Shown here piece by piece: positions 50,231-60,224 of a stretch of DNA of 64,000 bases. Every line of letters begins with the position of its first letter. Position 1 is the first letter of the stretch. Position numbers and translations under genes: made by a program. The DNA is from Candidatus Eremiobacteria bacterium (lineage in GTDB: Bacteria > Vulcanimicrobiota > Vulcanimicrobiia > Vulcanimicrobiales > Vulcanimicrobiaceae): positions 2,048,001 through 2,112,000 of the forward strand of contig CAVTRC010000001.1 in the NCBI GenBank assembly GCA_963737065.1, written 5' to 3'. Under the pieces are notes generated by a model. That model saw only the letters and a list, made by a program, of their open reading frames with translations. It ran no database searches and was not told the origin of the DNA.

Positions 50231-50937
50231 CTGCCGCGTCGTTACTCGTTTTCGCGCGCTGCGCCGGCTTCGTCTTTCGCGCGCCGGGCTTTTCGCATCC
50301 GAGCGTTCCGCGCGCGCTTCGTGCCGGTCTCGCACTGGCGCTCGCCGCAGCGATCGCTCCCGGCGTTCACGTTCGAACGTTGGACGGCGCCGCCCTGATC
50401 GTCGGTGTCGCGACCGAATTTGCGCTCGGGACGGCGATCGGCATAGCGGCCTCGCTGTTGTATGACGGTGCGTATGCCGGCGGACGGATGTTGGACGACT
50501 ACGTCGGGGTGAAAGCGATTGCGCCGAACGTCGATCTTGTCGCGCCGAGCGGGTTCGGGCGGCTTTGGTCACTGGCATTTACCGGCGGATACTTTCTCTT
50601 CGGCGCATATGGCCCGGCCATATCGACGTTCGCCGCGAGTTTCGACCACATCGCACTCGGTGCGCCGTTCGACCCGCATGCATGGGAACCGTTTGCGATC
50701 TCGGTTGCAACGACGATCGTGACCGTAGCGGTTGCGGTTGCTGCACCGGCAGTTGCGCTCGCGTTCGTTACGCAGATTGCGCTTGCGGCGCTCGCGCGGA
50801 CGGTCCCGCGGTTCGCGACCTTCTCGCTTTCCTTTCCGGTCGTCTTCGGCGTCGTGCTGATCGTGACGGCGCTCTCCATTCCGATCGCCGTATCGCAGGC
50901 AGCGCATCCGTTCGTTCTCATTCCGGGCGTACGATGA
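50227..50937 (+). CDS. fliR: export gate protein FliR/SctT
   Basis: FAR..GF...PGF, EFALG and LARTVP.F..FSLSFP motifs; located between fliQ and flhB. Confidence 0.85.
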   Translation: MTAASLLVFARCAGFVFRAPGFSHPSVPRALRAGLALALAAAIAPGVHVRTLDGAALIVGVATEFALGTAIGIAASLLYDGAYAGGRMLDDYVGVKAIAPNVDLVAPSGFGRLWSLAFTGGYFLFGAYGPAISTFAASFDHIALGAPFDPHAWEPFAISVATTIVTVAVAVAAPAVALAFVTQIALAALARTVPRFATFSLSFPVVFGVVLIVTALSIPIAVSQAAHPFVLIPGVR

Positions 50938-51944
50938 GCGACGCATCAGAGAAGCAATTCGATGCCACACCGTCCCGCGTCGCAAAAGCACGCCGCGAGG
51001 GCAACGTTCCGCGCTCGCAAGAACTTGCGGCGAACATCGCATTCATTGCTGCGGCACTGTGCGTCGCAGCAGTCTCGCCTTTGTTCAACGCTGCGGCACA
51101 GCGCGCGCTCGCGCGGGCGGCGGGCGGTATGGATGCCGTGGCCGATACGCTCGCAATGCTGGCATGCGCAGTTGCGGTTGCAGCCGGCAGTGCAGCCGCA
51201 GCCGCCGTTGCCGGCGTCATTCAGACCGGGGGTGTTACAATCGTCGCGCCATCGTTCAACGTCTCTCGTCTCGCGCCGGGCGAGGGCATCAAACGCATGT
51301 TGTCCGGTGAAACGGTAACGCACGCGGTTCGCGCGCTGTTCGCATTTGCGGTCGCCGGAGCCGCGACCGTTGCGTCGATGTGGTCGCTCTTCGGAGTCGC
51401 GCGAGAAAGTTCACATATTGACGCGGTGGCCGCGACGGCATGGAACGGTGCAGAACACGTCGTGTTTGCAGCCGCGGCCGTCGGTATGGGCTTTGCAACG
51501 ATCGAATACGCCGTCGCGCGGCGTTCGTGGCTCTCGAAGCTCAAGATGAGCCTGCATGAGCTGAAACGGGAACTGAAAGAGAACGACGGTGATCCGGCGG
51601 CGCGAGCGCGCCGGAAGGCATTGCATCGCAGCCTCATTCGCGGCGCGATCGCGAAGGTCAAAGACGCCTCGTTCGTCGTCGTGAATCCGACGCACGTTGC
51701 GGTTGCGCTCGAATACCGTCCGCCTGCCGTACCGGTGCCGGTCGTTCTCGTGCGCGCTGCAGACGAGATGGCGTTGCGCGTTCGCGCGCTCGCGGCGCAA
51801 AGCGGCATTCCGATCATCGAAAACATCGCGCTCGCGCGTGCACTTTTCGCCCAGACGCAGCCCGGCGAAGCGATACCGCATGAGTGCTACGTCGCGGTCG
51901 CGGAAATCGTCGCGTCGCTCATCCGCAGCGGAGCGTTCGAATGA
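50934..51944 (+). CDS. flhB: export switch protein FlhB/SctU
   Basis: EKQFDATP....AR.EG.VPRS, KE.DGDP and the NPTH autocleavage motif. Confidence 0.92.
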   Translation: MSDASEKQFDATPSRVAKARREGNVPRSQELAANIAFIAAALCVAAVSPLFNAAAQRALARAAGGMDAVADTLAMLACAVAVAAGSAAAAAVAGVIQTGGVTIVAPSFNVSRLAPGEGIKRMLSGETVTHAVRALFAFAVAGAATVASMWSLFGVARESSHIDAVAATAWNGAEHVVFAAAAVGMGFATIEYAVARRSWLSKLKMSLHELKRELKENDGDPAARARRKALHRSLIRGAIAKVKDASFVVVNPTHVAVALEYRPPAVPVPVVLVRAADEMALRVRALAAQSGIPIIENIALARALFAQTQPGEAIPHECYVAVAEIVASLIRSGAFE

Positions 51945-53992
51945 CGAAACTCCCTGTTTATGCTTTTGCGGCGTGTTTGCTCGCAATCGTGGCGATTTTG
52001 ATCGTGCCGCTGGCGCCCTGGCTGCTCGACGTGCTGCTCGCCATCAATGTGTTCGGTTCCGCGCTTGTGCTGTTGCTCGCCGTGACGATTGATGACCCGC
52101 TCGAGTTCTCAGCCTTTGCGCCGGCATTGCTGGTCGCGACGCTCTTCCGCCTGTCGCTCGACGTGTCGGCGACGCGGCTCATCTTGACCGATGGAGCAAC
52201 ACCGGGCGCAGTCGGTGCAATTATCCCGGCTTTCGGCGCGTTCGTCGTTCACGGGAATCTCGTCGTCGGTTTGATCGTCTTCGCCATTCTCATCACGATT
52301 CAATTCATCGTGATCGCGAGCGGATCGCAGCGAGTTGCCGAAGTCGCCGCGCGCTTCACGCTCGACGCGATGCCCGGCAAACAGATGGCGATCGATGCGG
52401 ACGTGCACGCCGGCGTGCTCGATGCCGACGGCGCGCGGCGCAAACGCGCGCTCGTGCAGCGCGAAGCCGATTTCTACGGCGCGATGGACGGCGCCGGAAA
52501 ATTTGTGAAAGGCGATGCCGTCGCTGCACTGGTCATCGTCGGCTTGAACCTTTCGGGCGGCATCGTCGTCGGCATTGCGTATCACGGAATGCCGCCGCTC
52601 GACGCACTCAACACCTACGCGTTGCTCTCCATCGGCAATGCGCTCGTGACGACGCTGCCGGCGTTTCTGATTTCGACCGCGATGGGCATGATGGTCACGC
52701 GCGTCGCTTCGGACGGCGCGCTCGGTGCCGATCTCGCCGCGCAGCTTTTCGCGCGTCCCGACGTATTGCGCAGCGCGGGTGCGCTGCTGATCGTCCTCTC
52801 GTTCGTTCCCGCATTGCCGCGGCCGGTGTTTTTCATGCTCGGCGGATGCGCGTTCGTTGCAGCGCAGCTCGCGGCGCGCAAACAACGCGCGCGCGTCCGG
52901 CAGGCGACGGCGGAAAGCGAGCGCGCAAAGCGGCAGGCGCTCCGGCGACCGGAACTTGCGCTCGGACTCGTGGGCGTGGATGCGATGTCGATCGACATCG
53001 GCTCGGAGATCGCGCACCTCCTAGTGCCGCCGCTGGCGGACGCGCTATTGGATCGTATCGGCGAAGTCCGTCGCGCGCTTGCAACGGAGATCGGTATCGT
53101 GCTTCCGGGCGTGCGGCTGCGCGACGATCTCGCGCGCGACGCACAGACGTATGCGATCCGCGTTCGCGATCGGATTGCCGGAGAAGGGCGGTTGCAGCTT
53201 GAGCGCGTCCTTGCGGTCGCCGACGTCTCGGTGCTGTCGCGCTTCGGCCTCGATGTGCAGCCGGAACCCGTCTACGGGCTTCCGTCCGCGTGGATCGATT
53301 CGGCGCAACGTACCGCGCTCGCCGATGCGGGCGCTTTAGTGTTCGATCCCATTTCGATCGTCGGATCGCATGTCGCGGAAACCGTACGGCGGTATGCAAG
53401 CGAACTCGTCGGCCGCCAAGAGCTACAGACGATGCTCGAACATCTGCGCGCAACGATGCCGGCTCTCGTTAAAGAAATCGGCACGGACGCGTTCCCACTT
53501 GGCGTATTGCACCGTGCGTACGTGTATCTGTTGCGCGAGGGCGCCTGGCCGCGCGACCCCGTCGCGCTCTTGCAGGCGATGCTCGAGGCGCCGACGCGCG
53601 ACCCACGCGAACTTGCGGAGGCGGCTCGTCGCGCGATCGTTCCCGATCTGCTGCGCCGGCGCGGTGTGAGCAAACTCGAGCCGCTCTTGCTCGACCCCGA
53701 ATACGAGCGCGAACTGACGCGAGCTTGGGTTAGCGCTACGGTTGAAATCGCTCCCGATCCCGACCGCGCGCTCTCACTGCGAGACCAAGTAGCGTCGTAT
53801 TCGGCTCGAGTACCGCGCGAGCGAGCGGCCGTCGTCTGTATGCCGCCATTGCGGCCGGTGCTCGCGGACTTCCTTATGCGGAGCGGAGTCCGGACGGAAG
53901 TATTCGCGTATGGTGAACTGCCCCCGGAGTTGCAGTTAGTTCCGGCCGGAGTGGTGAACCATGAGCCGCGGCCCTTGGCGGCATTTGTTTGA
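51941..53992 (+). CDS. flhA: export gate protein FlhA/SctV
   Basis: RVAEVAARFTLDAMPGKQMAIDAD and FYGAMDGAGKFVKGDA motifs. Confidence 0.95.
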   Translation: MTKLPVYAFAACLLAIVAILIVPLAPWLLDVLLAINVFGSALVLLLAVTIDDPLEFSAFAPALLVATLFRLSLDVSATRLILTDGATPGAVGAIIPAFGAFVVHGNLVVGLIVFAILITIQFIVIASGSQRVAEVAARFTLDAMPGKQMAIDADVHAGVLDADGARRKRALVQREADFYGAMDGAGKFVKGDAVAALVIVGLNLSGGIVVGIAYHGMPPLDALNTYALLSIGNALVTTLPAFLISTAMGMMVTRVASDGALGADLAAQLFARPDVLRSAGALLIVLSFVPALPRPVFFMLGGCAFVAAQLAARKQRARVRQATAESERAKRQALRRPELALGLVGVDAMSIDIGSEIAHLLVPPLADALLDRIGEVRRALATEIGIVLPGVRLRDDLARDAQTYAIRVRDRIAGEGRLQLERVLAVADVSVLSRFGLDVQPEPVYGLPSAWIDSAQRTALADAGALVFDPISIVGSHVAETVRRYASELVGRQELQTMLEHLRATMPALVKEIGTDAFPLGVLHRAYVYLLREGAWPRDPVALLQAMLEAPTRDPRELAEAARRAIVPDLLRRRGVSKLEPLLLDPEYERELTRAWVSATVEIAPDPDRALSLRDQVASYSARVPRERAAVVCMPPLRPVLADFLMRSGVRTEVFAYGELPPELQLVPAGVVNHEPRPLAAFV

Positions 53993-54071
53993 CCGTCGCG
54001 CGGCGCCTGAGTATACTCGTAGGGTTGTCGCCGGGCTTTGGCCTGGCGTTCCTTCTTTCATAGTGAAGCCG

Positions 54072-55445
54072 ATGAGCTGGAATACGATTAAACCGTTTGT
54101 CAAAGCGCTCGTGATCATCGCGGTCGTCGCCTATTCGATTTGGACGATTCTCCCGGTCGACCAACGCATTCACCTAGGTCTGGACTTGCAAGGCGGTTCG
54201 CGTTTGCTGCTCCAGCTCTCGCCCACTAACGACGTGACGAAGATCACGCCCGAAGTTCAGGCGCAGACGCGCCAGGTGATCGACCAGCGCATCAACTCGC
54301 TCGGCGTGACGGAGCCGCAGATCAGCAACGTCGGCAGCGATCGCATTCTCGTCGAAATTCCGAACCTCAAGAATCCCGATCAAGCCGAACAACTGCTCAA
54401 GCAGGTCGCGGTTCTCGACTACAAGATCATGCCGCCGGACGTCGAGTCGAAAGCCGAGCGCGCCTTGGAGATCGTCAGTGCACCCGCCAATGCGCCCGGG
54501 ATCACGGCGAAGCAACGCGCGGAAGCAAAGCAGTACGTCGAACGAGGCGCATACGACGCATCCGGTCCGGTCGTATACACGGGTAAAGAATTGAAGGCCG
54601 CCCAGGCGAGCTTCGATCAATCGGGCAACCCGAACATCACGTTTCAGACAAAGGATCCGTCGAAGTTCGGACGCATGACGACCGCGAACGTCGGCAAACT
54701 GCTCGCGATCTTCCTCGATCATCGCTATGTTTCCGCCGCTACCATTCAGAGCCCGATCTTCGACAGCGGTCAAATCACGGGTCAGTTCACGCAAGACTAC
54801 ACGGTTACGCTTGCCAACGAACTCAATGCCGGCGCGCTTCCCGCGCACATCGACATCATCGAGAAAGAGACCATCGGGCCGACGCTCGGTAAGATCGATC
54901 TGGAGCAGTCACTGAGGGCGTCGATTCTTGGTCTCGTGCTCGTATTGATCTTTATGATCCTCGTTTACCGCCTTCCGGGCTTTCTCGCGGACATCGCGCT
55001 CGCGATCTACGTGCTCGTCATGCTAGCGATTCTCTCGCTCTCCCACGCGACGTTGACGCTCCCCGGTATCGCGGGTTTCGTCCTCTCGATCGGTATGGCC
55101 GTTGACGCCAACGTTTTGATCTTCGAACGTATCAAAGAAGAACTGTGGAACGGCAAATCGTTCCGCTCCGCCGTTCGGGTCGGTTTCGCGCGCGCGTTTT
55201 CCGCGGTGTTCGACAGCCACTTCACGACGATCGTCGGCGCGGGCGTGCTCTACATGCTCGGCACCGGCACGGTGAAAGGCTTCGCGTTCACGCTGTTCTG
55301 GGGTACCGTCGTCTCGCTCGTCACCGCGGTCTTCGTTACGCGTTTCTTCGTCGACACGCTGGTCGACAACAACGTGCTCACGTCACCGGAGCTCTACGGC
55401 GTCAAATCCGACGACGTCGGCATCTTCGCGAAAGCGGGGGCATAG
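54072..55445 (+). CDS. secD: protein translocase subunit SecD
   Basis: LGLDLQGG, GPTLG and GMAVDANVLIFERIKEE motifs. Confidence 0.95.
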   Translation: MSWNTIKPFVKALVIIAVVAYSIWTILPVDQRIHLGLDLQGGSRLLLQLSPTNDVTKITPEVQAQTRQVIDQRINSLGVTEPQISNVGSDRILVEIPNLKNPDQAEQLLKQVAVLDYKIMPPDVESKAERALEIVSAPANAPGITAKQRAEAKQYVERGAYDASGPVVYTGKELKAAQASFDQSGNPNITFQTKDPSKFGRMTTANVGKLLAIFLDHRYVSAATIQSPIFDSGQITGQFTQDYTVTLANELNAGALPAHIDIIEKETIGPTLGKIDLEQSLRASILGLVLVLIFMILVYRLPGFLADIALAIYVLVMLAILSLSHATLTLPGIAGFVLSIGMAVDANVLIFERIKEELWNGKSFRSAVRVGFARAFSAVFDSHFTTIVGAGVLYMLGTGTVKGFAFTLFWGTVVSLVTAVFVTRFFVDTLVDNNVLTSPELYGVKSDDVGIFAKAGA

Positions 55446-55454
55446 GACCGCACC

Positions 55455-56714
55455 ATGCTATTTCGCAGATTGAACTGGAACATCGTCGGATGGTTCCGCA
55501 CCGTCTCGGCGATCTCATATCTCGTCATGGCCCTCGGTGCCGCGGCCATGATTTACCACGGTTTCCAAGGCGGCGACGGATTCCACGCCAACCACATGTT
55601 GCGCCTTGGCCTCTCGTTCACCGGTGGTACGGACGTTAGCGTTTCATACGATGGGCCGACGCAACCGCAAGCGGTGAAAGACGCGCTCGCGCCGCTGAAC
55701 CTCTCGGACGAGCGCATCACGACCGCGGGAAGCGACGGCAAGAACTTCCAGATCCAAACGCAGACGTCGTTCGCAAATAACTCTGTCCCGCTCAAGGACG
55801 CGCTTGCAAAAGCCGGACCGTACGATGCGAGCAAGTTGAGCATTACGGCGCTCGGACCGACGCTCGGCGCCGAGTATCTTCGTCTCGCGCTATGGGCGCT
55901 CTTGATTGCGCTCGGCATCCAGTTCATCTACATCGCGTTCCGCTTCAATTGGAACTACATCTTCGGCCTCGTCACCGTCATCGCGCTCGTTCGCGACGCG
56001 CTTGTGATGATCGGTATCTACGCGATCGCCAATCGCCCGGCGGACGACGCATTCCTCGCGGCTGTGCTGACCGTCATCGGCTACTCCGTCATGGATACGA
56101 TCGTCATCCTCGACCGGATCCGTGAGAACACGAAGATCATGGGCGGCGCGCGGTACGAGACGATCGTCAACGAGTCGATCAAGCAAACGATGACGCGCTC
56201 CGTGAACACGGTCGCGACGGTCGTTATCACGCTCGTTGCGCTGTTGCTACTCGGCGGCGGCAGCCTAAAGAACTTCGCGTTCGCACTGCTCGTCGGTATC
56301 CTCTCCGGCGCATATCACTCGATCTTCTTCTCGGCACCGCTCGTCGTGATCTTCCGCAAGCGTCAAATCGCGGCGGCGGAACGCAAGCGCCGGACCAGCC
56401 TCTCGGCGCCCGCGGCCGTGTCGACGTCGAAGGCGGCCACAACCGTGAGCCGCGGAGCGTCGCGCGAAGACATCGTTGCCGCGCGTCGCGCACGCCGGGA
56501 GAAGCAAAAAGCAACGCGTCCTACCGCGTCGACGTCAGCGCGCTACCGGCGTAAAGCAGCGACCGCCGACGTCGCGGAAATCGATCCGCTCGACGCGCAA
56601 GTCTCCGGCTTGCACGAAGAAGCATTCGACGCGGGGCACGAAGAGATCAATCTGAACCTCGACGGTTTCGACACGCCGGAGCATGTCGAGTCGCACATCG
56701 ACCGCGAAGAGTAA
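55455..56714 (+). CDS. secF: protein translocase subunit SecF with a long charged C-terminal tail
   Basis: LGLSFTGG, GYSVMDTIVILDRIREN and TMTRSVNT motifs. Confidence 0.92.
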   Translation: MLFRRLNWNIVGWFRTVSAISYLVMALGAAAMIYHGFQGGDGFHANHMLRLGLSFTGGTDVSVSYDGPTQPQAVKDALAPLNLSDERITTAGSDGKNFQIQTQTSFANNSVPLKDALAKAGPYDASKLSITALGPTLGAEYLRLALWALLIALGIQFIYIAFRFNWNYIFGLVTVIALVRDALVMIGIYAIANRPADDAFLAAVLTVIGYSVMDTIVILDRIRENTKIMGGARYETIVNESIKQTMTRSVNTVATVVITLVALLLLGGGSLKNFAFALLVGILSGAYHSIFFSAPLVVIFRKRQIAAAERKRRTSLSAPAAVSTSKAATTVSRGASREDIVAARRARREKQKATRPTASTSARYRRKAATADVAEIDPLDAQVSGLHEEAFDAGHEEINLNLDGFDTPEHVESHIDREE

Positions 56715-58743
56715 ACGAGCGCTTCCGCCTCCCACCGCGTCGGAACGTCTGTTTGAGCGCGCCTTAGCTGCGCTCAAAGAGGGTTTCAACGCTGCAACGC
56801 GACCGAGTGCGCCACCCGATCCGACGGAGCCCGATGCGTCTCCGCAAGCTTTAGCGGACTTTGTAGATCGTGCCTTTGCACATAGCGGCGCGTATCTGCG
56901 TGACCGCTATGCATCGATCGGGGATGCGTCGCAATTTCATACAAAACTTGCCGGCGTCTCGTTCGAGGGCCGGCAAGATGTTATTGCAGGCTTGCGCGTC
57001 GGCGCAGCGGTGCAACTCCAGCGCCAGCCCGAGAATCGGTTCGATGAAAACGCGATCGCCGTGTTCTTCGGTGCACTGCAACTCGGCTTCATCAACAAGG
57101 GCATCGCCAAACATCTCGCGCCGCTCATCGATGCCGGCGCGCGCTACCAAGCGCGGATCGAGTCGCTCACCGGAGGAACCCCTTCGGCAAGCTCAGGGCA
57201 GGCTCAACGAAACCGCGGCGTCAACATCTACGTGTGGCGCGATGCCGCCGCGTCGATTGCGCACCGAGCCGTGCAGTCGGCGGAATTGCGTGCGCGCGTT
57301 CGCACCACCGGCGACGACTTGGAAGACTCCGTCCGGCGCGCATTGATCGGTGACGCATATCCGCACAAAGCGCAACTCGACGTGCTCGAACGCGTCGAAG
57401 CGGGAAGCAACACGTTGGCCGTACTCGCGACGGGGCGCGGAAAATCGTTGTGTTTTCAGTACCCTGCGACGCTCCGGGCGCTACGCGGTGGCGGCAAGAC
57501 GCTCGTCATCTATCCGCTGCGCGCGCTCGCGAACGATCAATACGAAGCACTGTTACGCAAACTGGACGCTTTCGGCCTACGGACCTATCGCGCGAACGGC
57601 TCGATCTCGCACGATGAACGCGAAGAACTGTTCGAAGCGTTGCAGGAGGGAGCGTGGGACATCATGCTCGCGACGCCCGAGTTTTTGGAGTTTCACCGCG
57701 TAGAGTTCGCCGCGGCTAGCGCGCCGCGTTTCGTGGTCGTCGACGAAGCGCATCATCTCTACGAATCGAAGCATCGCGCCGCGTACGGACGCTTAGGCGA
57801 AACAATTGCGTCGCTCGGCAATCCGCAAGTTCTCGCGCTAACTGCAACGGCGAACGATGAAGCCTTCGCCCATATCGTGCGCGCGCTGAAGGTCGGCGCG
57901 TGGGTGATCGATCCGACCGTGCGAGACAACCTGCAGGTCGTCGACGCACGTGGCGCACGCGATAAAGCCGAGTATCTCCGCGTGCTCTTGCGCAGCGGCG
58001 AGAAGGCAATCGTCTACTGTAATTCGCGCACCGAGGCAACGAAAGTCGCGCAGGCGCTGCGCAAGAACCTCGGCAACCGCGTGATGTTTTATCATGCGGG
58101 CATGCCGACGCCCGAGCGCCACGAGGTTGAACGGTTCTTTCGCGACGGAGAACTGCAGGCCGTCGTCGCAACCTCGGCATTCGGCGAAGGCATCGATCTG
58201 CCCGACGTGCGTCATGTCGTACTCTATCACTTGAACTTCGACTTCACCGAGTTCAACCAACAAGCAGGGCGCGCCGGACGCGATGGCGGCGAGGCGAAGA
58301 TTCATTTGCTCTTCGGCGAGCAAGACCGCGCGCTCAATGAATTCATCATCGACCGCGAGGCGCCGACGCTGAATGTTTTACGCGCCGTTTATCGCGGGAT
58401 CCGCGGCATCGCGCGCGACGGTGAACTCCGCATGAACTACGTCGACATCGCACGCACGCTGGAACTCGACAAGGTGAACGAACGCACCGTGAGCCGCGCG
58501 TTGCGCATCTTCGAGGATGAGGGTCTGGTGGAGATCGCCGAGGACGATGCCGGGCGCTACATTCGCTTTCGGAAAGTCGACGGCAAAGTCGATCTCACGC
58601 AAAACGAGCGATTCGCCGAAGGAGAAGCGGAACGTGAGAGCTTCAAACGGTTCTGCGATCTCGTGCTCAGTGCGAGAAGCGATGCATTGGAGCGCATCAT
58701 CAATCGTCCAATTTACCCGTCGAAGGTTGAACTGCTTCGGTAG
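56683..58743 (+). CDS. HIRAN domain plus RecQ-like DEAH helicase
   Basis: TKLAGVSFEGRQ...QPENRFDENAI (HIRAN), ATGRGKS, DEAHH, TAT and QQAGRAGRDG motifs. Confidence 0.85.
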   Translation: MSSRTSTAKSKRALPPPTASERLFERALAALKEGFNAATRPSAPPDPTEPDASPQALADFVDRAFAHSGAYLRDRYASIGDASQFHTKLAGVSFEGRQDVIAGLRVGAAVQLQRQPENRFDENAIAVFFGALQLGFINKGIAKHLAPLIDAGARYQARIESLTGGTPSASSGQAQRNRGVNIYVWRDAAASIAHRAVQSAELRARVRTTGDDLEDSVRRALIGDAYPHKAQLDVLERVEAGSNTLAVLATGRGKSLCFQYPATLRALRGGGKTLVIYPLRALANDQYEALLRKLDAFGLRTYRANGSISHDEREELFEALQEGAWDIMLATPEFLEFHRVEFAAASAPRFVVVDEAHHLYESKHRAAYGRLGETIASLGNPQVLALTATANDEAFAHIVRALKVGAWVIDPTVRDNLQVVDARGARDKAEYLRVLLRSGEKAIVYCNSRTEATKVAQALRKNLGNRVMFYHAGMPTPERHEVERFFRDGELQAVVATSAFGEGIDLPDVRHVVLYHLNFDFTEFNQQAGRAGRDGGEAKIHLLFGEQDRALNEFIIDREAPTLNVLRAVYRGIRGIARDGELRMNYVDIARTLELDKVNERTVSRALRIFEDEGLVEIAEDDAGRYIRFRKVDGKVDLTQNERFAEGEAERESFKRFCDLVLSARSDALERIINRPIYPSKVELLR

Positions 58744-59282
58744 TGTCGCAACCGCGCAAAGCAGCGATCGTCCTCGCAATTTTCTCCGCACCGCCGCATG
58801 GTGTCGTGTTCCTCGAACGGGCTGCGCATCTGCGCCATCACGCGGGCGAAATCGGATTGCCCGGTGGCGCGATGGATCCGGAAGACGGCGATGATCCCAC
58901 GCGCACGGCATTGCGAGAGATGGAAGAAGAGGTGGGTGTTACGCCCGATCGCGTCGAGTTCGTGTGGGCGTTTCCGGACCTGCACCCGCGCGTGAGCAAC
59001 TTCATCGCGACGCCGTACGTCGCGATCGTGCAACCCGGGCCGCTCGCGATTGATCCCCGGGAAACCGCCGGCATATTCAGCGTTCCACTGAAGACTCTTC
59101 TCGAAGAGGTCCGTGATGGCGTCATGGAGATCGGTGCAATGCGCATCGAAACGACGGTGCTCGATTTCGACGGACGCCGGATCTGGGGACTCACCGGACG
59201 AGTCTTACGCATGTTCGTCGACGAGTGGAACACCAGCAGCAGTGAACTGCGCACGCGGGTCGAGCGACGATTGTGCCGCTAA
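58743..59282 (+). CDS. Nudix hydrolase, CoA pyrophosphatase-like
   Basis: RAAHLRHHAGEIGLPGG, ALREMEEEVG and IWGLT motifs. Confidence 0.88.
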   Translation: MSQPRKAAIVLAIFSAPPHGVVFLERAAHLRHHAGEIGLPGGAMDPEDGDDPTRTALREMEEEVGVTPDRVEFVWAFPDLHPRVSNFIATPYVAIVQPGPLAIDPRETAGIFSVPLKTLLEEVRDGVMEIGAMRIETTVLDFDGRRIWGLTGRVLRMFVDEWNTSSSELRTRVERRLCR

Positions 59283-59285
59283 CGC

Positions 59286-59729
59286 TTACGGAAGCGGCGC
59301 GTTGTATTTGTAGAAGCGCGCTTCGCGTGACCATCCGTTGCGTTCGTACACGCGTTGCGCCGCGGTATTCTCGATCGCGGTTTCAAGGAACATCCCCGAG
59401 GCGCCCGATTGACGTGCATACTGGATCGCTGCTTCAAGCAATGCGGAAGCGGTTCCGCCGCCTCGCGCAGGGGGCGCAACGAAGAGATCCTCCAGGATCA
59501 GCGCTGAACGCAGATGCACCGTGCTGAACGTTTGGAAGAGCTGCGCGAAACCGATCGCTTGTTCCAAATCGTCGCACGCAAGAAACACGATACTGCTTCC
59601 GGCGCTCAAATGCCGGTGCATAAAGTCTCGCTCCGCCGCCGGGTCGTGCGCCTGCTTGTAGAACTCGCGATAGCCGCGCACCAGCGGCAGCAGAGAATCT
59701 AGATCGTCGAGCGTCGCGCGGCGGATCAC
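59286..59729 (-). CDS. GNAT acetyltransferase
   Basis: LEDLFVAPPARGGG and N..AQRVYERNGW motifs. Confidence 0.88.
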   Translation of the reverse strand: MIRRATLDDLDSLLPLVRGYREFYKQAHDPAAERDFMHRHLSAGSSIVFLACDDLEQAIGFAQLFQTFSTVHLRSALILEDLFVAPPARGGGTASALLEAAIQYARQSGASGMFLETAIENTAAQRVYERNGWSREARFYKYNAPLP

Positions 59730-60214
59730 GAATTTGAGCGCGCGGTCGCCGTTTGAACCGAAGGCTCGCAACGCACGGCAAAATTCACGGAGCGCGCGAT
59801 GAAACATTTTTCGTGCGCTTTGTGATGCAGTTCGTTCGCGGTACCGGCCTGCGACGGATCGTCGAGCGTGACAACTGGTGAAAGGAGGACTTCGGTGAAT
59901 TGCCCGCTGCCGTCAGCGTTGAGCACCATCGTGCCCTTCGCCGCGTCCTCATACGCGGTGACGACCACGCCGGCATCTGCGCACAAGTGCAGATATGCCA
60001 GCATATGGCAGCTCGAAAGCGCAGCGATGAGCAGCTCTTCGGGATTGTAGCGAGCCGAATCGCCGTGGAACGTACGGTGCGACGATCCTTCGATCGAATG
60101 CGATTTTTGCGGCGCGGAGAGCTCATGATCGCGCGCGTACGCGCGATATCCACTCGTTCCCGTTCCGTGATTTCCCGTCCAGCGCAAGTCGACTGCGAAG
60201 TGGTGCTCGTTCAT
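59726..60214 (-). CDS. OsmC family protein
   Basis: NPEELLIAALSSCHML and AHEKCFIARSV motifs. Confidence 0.92.
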   Translation of the reverse strand: MNEHHFAVDLRWTGNHGTGTSGYRAYARDHELSAPQKSHSIEGSSHRTFHGDSARYNPEELLIAALSSCHMLAYLHLCADAGVVVTAYEDAAKGTMVLNADGSGQFTEVLLSPVVTLDDPSQAGTANELHHKAHEKCFIARSVNFAVRCEPSVQTATARSNS

Positions 60215-60224
60215 CGAAGTTCTC

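Noticed and set aside
32409..53992. Canonical injectisome (non-flagellar T3SS)
   Set aside because: No secretin, needle or translocon genes were recognised, and the components (FlgC, FliE, FliF, FliM/N, FlgE-like) are flagellar-type.
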